DNA from: a virus
Lineage: Duplodnaviria > Caudoviricetes
Length of the DNA stretch: 30,153 nucleotides
IMG/VR virus record: IMGVR_UViG_3300044216_001789
Span: 1-30,153 of that record
Reading direction: 5' to 3' (one strand)
Position numbers and translations under genes: made by a program. This document shows, piece by piece, positions 27,147 to 30,153 of this stretch; the first letter of the stretch is position 1, and every line of letters starts with the position of its first letter. A model generated the notes under the pieces. That model had not been told where the DNA came from, made no database searches, and was given only the letters and a program-made list of their open reading frames with translations.

Positions 27147-28071
27147 TGAGATAGATGAACATGTTAATGTAGAAAAATTATTTCAAAAATATAAAAGTAA
27201 AAAAATAGTTTGGTTTACATTAGAAGATAGTTTAGAAGTTTTCTTAAATAAAAAAATAGATATTAATATTAAATTAGAAGATGATGAATATCTATTCATA
27301 TCAAGTTGTCGTGAAATAGATTATATGCAAAGAACTGAAAAAAAGTTAATTGAAAATCTTTGGAAAAATGATATTGATTTAAATAATGTTTTTGTGGTTA
27401 ATAGTAATCATTTGGGTAATACAGTCAATGTCAAATATATTTATTGGGAATATTTTGAAACTGCTATAAGATCATTACAACATAATGAGATTGATATATC
27501 AAAGAAAAAACATGAAAAAAAATTTTTGTGTTTAAATAGAATAACCAGAAAACATAGAGTAGATTTTATGAATGCTATGAAAGACAGAAACTTACTCAAT
27601 CATTTTAATGCGTCAATATGGAGTGATAATTTAAAATTAAGATATGATACTGATGATCAAAATACTAATTGGTGGTTCAGTGTCAATGAAGAGTTTTCAT
27701 ATGAAAATAGTATGTGGATCGTAACTGAAAGTGTTTTTAATAATGATATAGATTTATCTTTTTTATCAGAAAAGACATTTAAACCAATATTATTAAAAAT
27801 GCCATTTATTATAATTGGTCAACCATATAGTTTAAAAAAATTGAAATCTTTAGGATACAAAACATTTTCTCATTTATGGGATGAATCATACGATAATATA
27901 TTAGATCCACAAAAAAGAATGAATAGAATAGTGGAGTTGGTAGCATATCTATCAACATTAGATTTAAAAAAATTAATTATTGACAATACAGAAATATTAG
28001 AATATAATTATAAAAATTTGATTAATAGTAGAGCAGAAAAAAATTTATTAGAAATTATGGAGAAAATATGA
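27133..28071 (+). CDS. Hypothetical protein, possible glycosyltransferase (GT10-like C-terminal motif)
   Basis: FLCLNR...HR, IVTES...FLSEKTFKPI...PFIIIG...LKSLGYKTF...DESYD; extremely AT-rich. Confidence 0.45.
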   Translation: MKFISEIDEHVNVEKLFQKYKSKKIVWFTLEDSLEVFLNKKIDINIKLEDDEYLFISSCREIDYMQRTEKKLIENLWKNDIDLNNVFVVNSNHLGNTVNVKYIYWEYFETAIRSLQHNEIDISKKKHEKKFLCLNRITRKHRVDFMNAMKDRNLLNHFNASIWSDNLKLRYDTDDQNTNWWFSVNEEFSYENSMWIVTESVFNNDIDLSFLSEKTFKPILLKMPFIIIGQPYSLKKLKSLGYKTFSHLWDESYDNILDPQKRMNRIVELVAYLSTLDLKKLIIDNTEILEYNYKNLINSRAEKNLLEIMEKI

Positions 28072-29135
28072 AAGTAGCGTTTGTTGGTTTAGGAAAACTC
28101 GGTTTTCCTTGTAGTCAAGTTTGTGTTGAAAAAGGTCATGATGTAACAGGATATGATCCTGTCATAACTAAAAATAATTTACATGATGCAATTTTTGATA
28201 GAGAGATAGTTTTTGTTGCAGTACCAACACCTCATGATCCTATGTACGGTGGAGAGCAACCAACTAGTCATTTAGATCCAAAAGATTTCGACACAACTAT
28301 TGTTGAGGATGTATTAACACAATGTAATGAAATAATGAATAAAGATCAATTACTTGTATTAATATCTACTGTCATACCGACTACTAATGATGACAAATTT
28401 AAAAAACTTATTACTAATACGAACTACTGTTATAGTCCATTTTTTATAGCTCAAGGAACTGTTGGTTGGGATTTTAAAAATCCAGAAATGTATATAGTTG
28501 GTGTAGAAGATTATACAAAATATATTCCACATAAGTTAATTGATTTTTACAAAACGATTGCCGAAAATAATCCAAGAACAGAAATTTGTAATTTTAAAGA
28601 AGCAGAATCAATCAAAGTTTTTTATAATACGTATATAACTCAAAAAATTAATTTCGTAAATATGATACAAGATGTTTCAGATAAAATGGGTAATACTGAT
28701 TCATCATTAATATGTCGTGTACTATCTCAATGTAATATGCGATTAATTAGTGATGCATACATGAAACCTGGGTTAGGTGATGGTGGAAGTTGTCATCCAA
28801 GAGATAATATCGCATTAAGTTTTCTTGCAAAAAAGTTAAATATGGAATATGACATGTGGAATGAAACTATGAGGATCAGAGAAAAACAAGCAGAAACACT
28901 TGCCCTCAAAATACTAAATAGAGGAAAACGTATTGCATTTACAAGTACAGGATTTAAGGAAGGTCTCGAAAATACAGACGGCAGTTATATTCTACTGATC
29001 CAACACTATATTAAGGAAAATGGGGGCGAAATCGTGGATATTGACAACTGCGACATTTTGTGCCAATCCTATCCAAACGATAAAACGCCCGAAAATACTA
29101 GGGTTTTTGATATATGGCGAAAATACGGAAAATAA
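28068..29135 (+). CDS. UDP-glucose/GDP-mannose 6-dehydrogenase family protein
   Basis: VGLGKLG, FVAVPTP, ISTV, AESIKVFYN, GDGGSCHPRD (catalytic Cys motif). Confidence 0.9.
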   Translation: MKVAFVGLGKLGFPCSQVCVEKGHDVTGYDPVITKNNLHDAIFDREIVFVAVPTPHDPMYGGEQPTSHLDPKDFDTTIVEDVLTQCNEIMNKDQLLVLISTVIPTTNDDKFKKLITNTNYCYSPFFIAQGTVGWDFKNPEMYIVGVEDYTKYIPHKLIDFYKTIAENNPRTEICNFKEAESIKVFYNTYITQKINFVNMIQDVSDKMGNTDSSLICRVLSQCNMRLISDAYMKPGLGDGGSCHPRDNIALSFLAKKLNMEYDMWNETMRIREKQAETLALKILNRGKRIAFTSTGFKEGLENTDGSYILLIQHYIKENGGEIVDIDNCDILCQSYPNDKTPENTRVFDIWRKYGK

Positions 29136-29147
29136 CCTAATTAACCC

Positions 29148-29177
29148 TTGACAACCCTGTGGGTGACCTGTCATTAT
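29148..29177 (+). promoter_or_regulatory. Sigma70-like early promoter
   Basis: TTGACA-18 bp-CATTAT with extended TGn; GAGG RBS at 29191. Confidence 0.6.
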
Positions 29178-29204
29178 GAATATAGATGATGAGGAAATAC
29201 CACA

Positions 29205-30153
29205 ATGACTAAAAAATCAACTATCGCAAGACTTCTCTCTGAAGAGAATATTAACGTTGTTCACAAAAAAGCAGATACTGCTTCATTTAATGTTGAAACA
29301 AGAGAGTTAGTTTTACCTATATTCAAAGAAGAAATTAGTAATGATGTTTATGACATGTTTGTTTGTCATGAAGTTGGTCATGCATTATATACACCTATGG
29401 ATTTATTAGAGAGAGGTGTTCATCAAGGTATTAATCATTCTGTTATCAATGTTTTAGAGGATGCTCGTATTGAGAAAATGTTTCAAAAGAAATACCCTGG
29501 TTCAGTAAAAAATTTCAAACAAGGTTACAAAGAATTAGTAGAAGGTGACTTCTTCAAATTAAAAGATAAAGATTTATCTAAATTAAATATTATTGATAAG
29601 ATTAATATCTTTTACAAAACTGGTCTTATTGGTAATGTAAATGAAGAAGAACAAAAATTTATTGACGAAGTTGATACTTTAAAAAGTGTTGAAGACGTGA
29701 TATCACTTGCCGCAAGATTATCTCAGTATCACAAAGAACAACAAAAAGATCAAGATGGTGATGATCAACAAGATCAGTCAGGCGATCAAGAACAAGAAGA
29801 AACTGGTAGTCAATCTCAATCAGATCAATCAGAGTCAAGTGAAGGTCAAGAACAAGTTCAAAGTTCAGAGGGTTCAGAAGAGTCTGAAGAAAAAATTGAT
29901 GAGGGTGCATCTGAGTCTGATAGTGGTGAGGAAGAGTCAAAAGATGATTCAAACAATGTAGGATCACAAGGTGCAGGTCTAGGAAATGATGGCGAGCTTA
30001 AATCATCTACTGATAAAGCATATCAAGATGCCATGAACAAAAACAATGATACTGATGCAAAAGATAGAATCTATACTCAAACACCTAAAAAATTAAACTT
30101 AAATAAATTAATCTATTCTCACAAAGAGATTGCTGACGATTTAATAGAATTCT
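29205..30153 (+). CDS. HEXXH metallopeptidase-like protein of marine T4-like phages (CobT-like N-terminus), truncated by the window end
   Basis: Not in the ORF track (no stop in the window). MTKKSTIARLLSEENI...TASFNVETRELVLP...HEVGHALYTP...NVLEDARIEK, then an acidic Q/E/S/D linker. Confidence 0.85.
   Translation, partial: MTKKSTIARLLSEENINVVHKKADTASFNVETRELVLPIFKEEISNDVYDMFVCHEVGHALYTPMDLLERGVHQGINHSVINVLEDARIEKMFQKKYPGSVKNFKQGYKELVEGDFFKLKDKDLSKLNIIDKINIFYKTGLIGNVNEEEQKFIDEVDTLKSVEDVISLAARLSQYHKEQQKDQDGDDQQDQSGDQEQEETGSQSQSDQSESSEGQEQVQSSEGSEESEEKIDEGASESDSGEEESKDDSNNVGSQGAGLGNDGELKSSTDKAYQDAMNKNNDTDAKDRIYTQTPKKLNLNKLIYSHKEIADDLIEF

Noticed and set aside
4382-29967. Numerous short alternate-frame or antisense ORFs in the track (e.g. 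4382-4609, 7052-7276, 9253-9510, 13377-13730, 16453-16692, 19554-19793, 25544-25849, 29659-29967, 29707-29961)
   Set aside because: They lie within well-supported genes, lack recognisable motifs, and look like codon-bias shadows
29205-30153. Cobalamin biosynthesis role for the CobT-like gene; acidic tract as a repeat element
   Set aside because: Only a HEXXH domain and a low-complexity linker are visible; no cobalamin genes or exact repeat units in the window
1-30153. tRNA, rRNA, CRISPR array, intron, intein or IS element
   Set aside because: Intergenic gaps are too short, core genes are uninterrupted and of normal length, and no spaced repeats or transposase motifs were seen by eye

Overview
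AT-rich segment of a T4-like myovirus genome. The gene order resembles marine cyanophage/pelagimyophage-type T4-like phages, but the host cannot be determined from this window. The core module runs: neck gp13, gp14, tail terminator gp15, terminase gp16/gp17, sheath gp18, tube gp19, portal gp20, prohead core proteins, protease gp21, scaffold gp22, major capsid gp23, gp3, uvsY, uvsW, late sigma gp55, gp47, gp46, and a truncated HEXXH peptidase at the right edge. Woven into this core is a sugar/surface-tailoring gene set: two GT-A-like glycosyltransferase paralogs, an NDP-sugar epimerase, three radical SAM/Twitch-SPASM proteins (two flank the small terminase gene, one is split into two ORFs), a NodU/CmcH carbamoyltransferase, an SGNH-like protein, a GT10-like protein and a UDP-sugar 6-dehydrogenase. 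Other notable signals are a scaffold N-terminus with 11 E-x-x-H motifs and Met-rich repeats, a symmetric bidirectional promoter at 1110-1172, several apparently leaderless genes, and a hairpin that may sequester the portal RBS. All calls come from reading motifs and synteny by eye; no searches were run.
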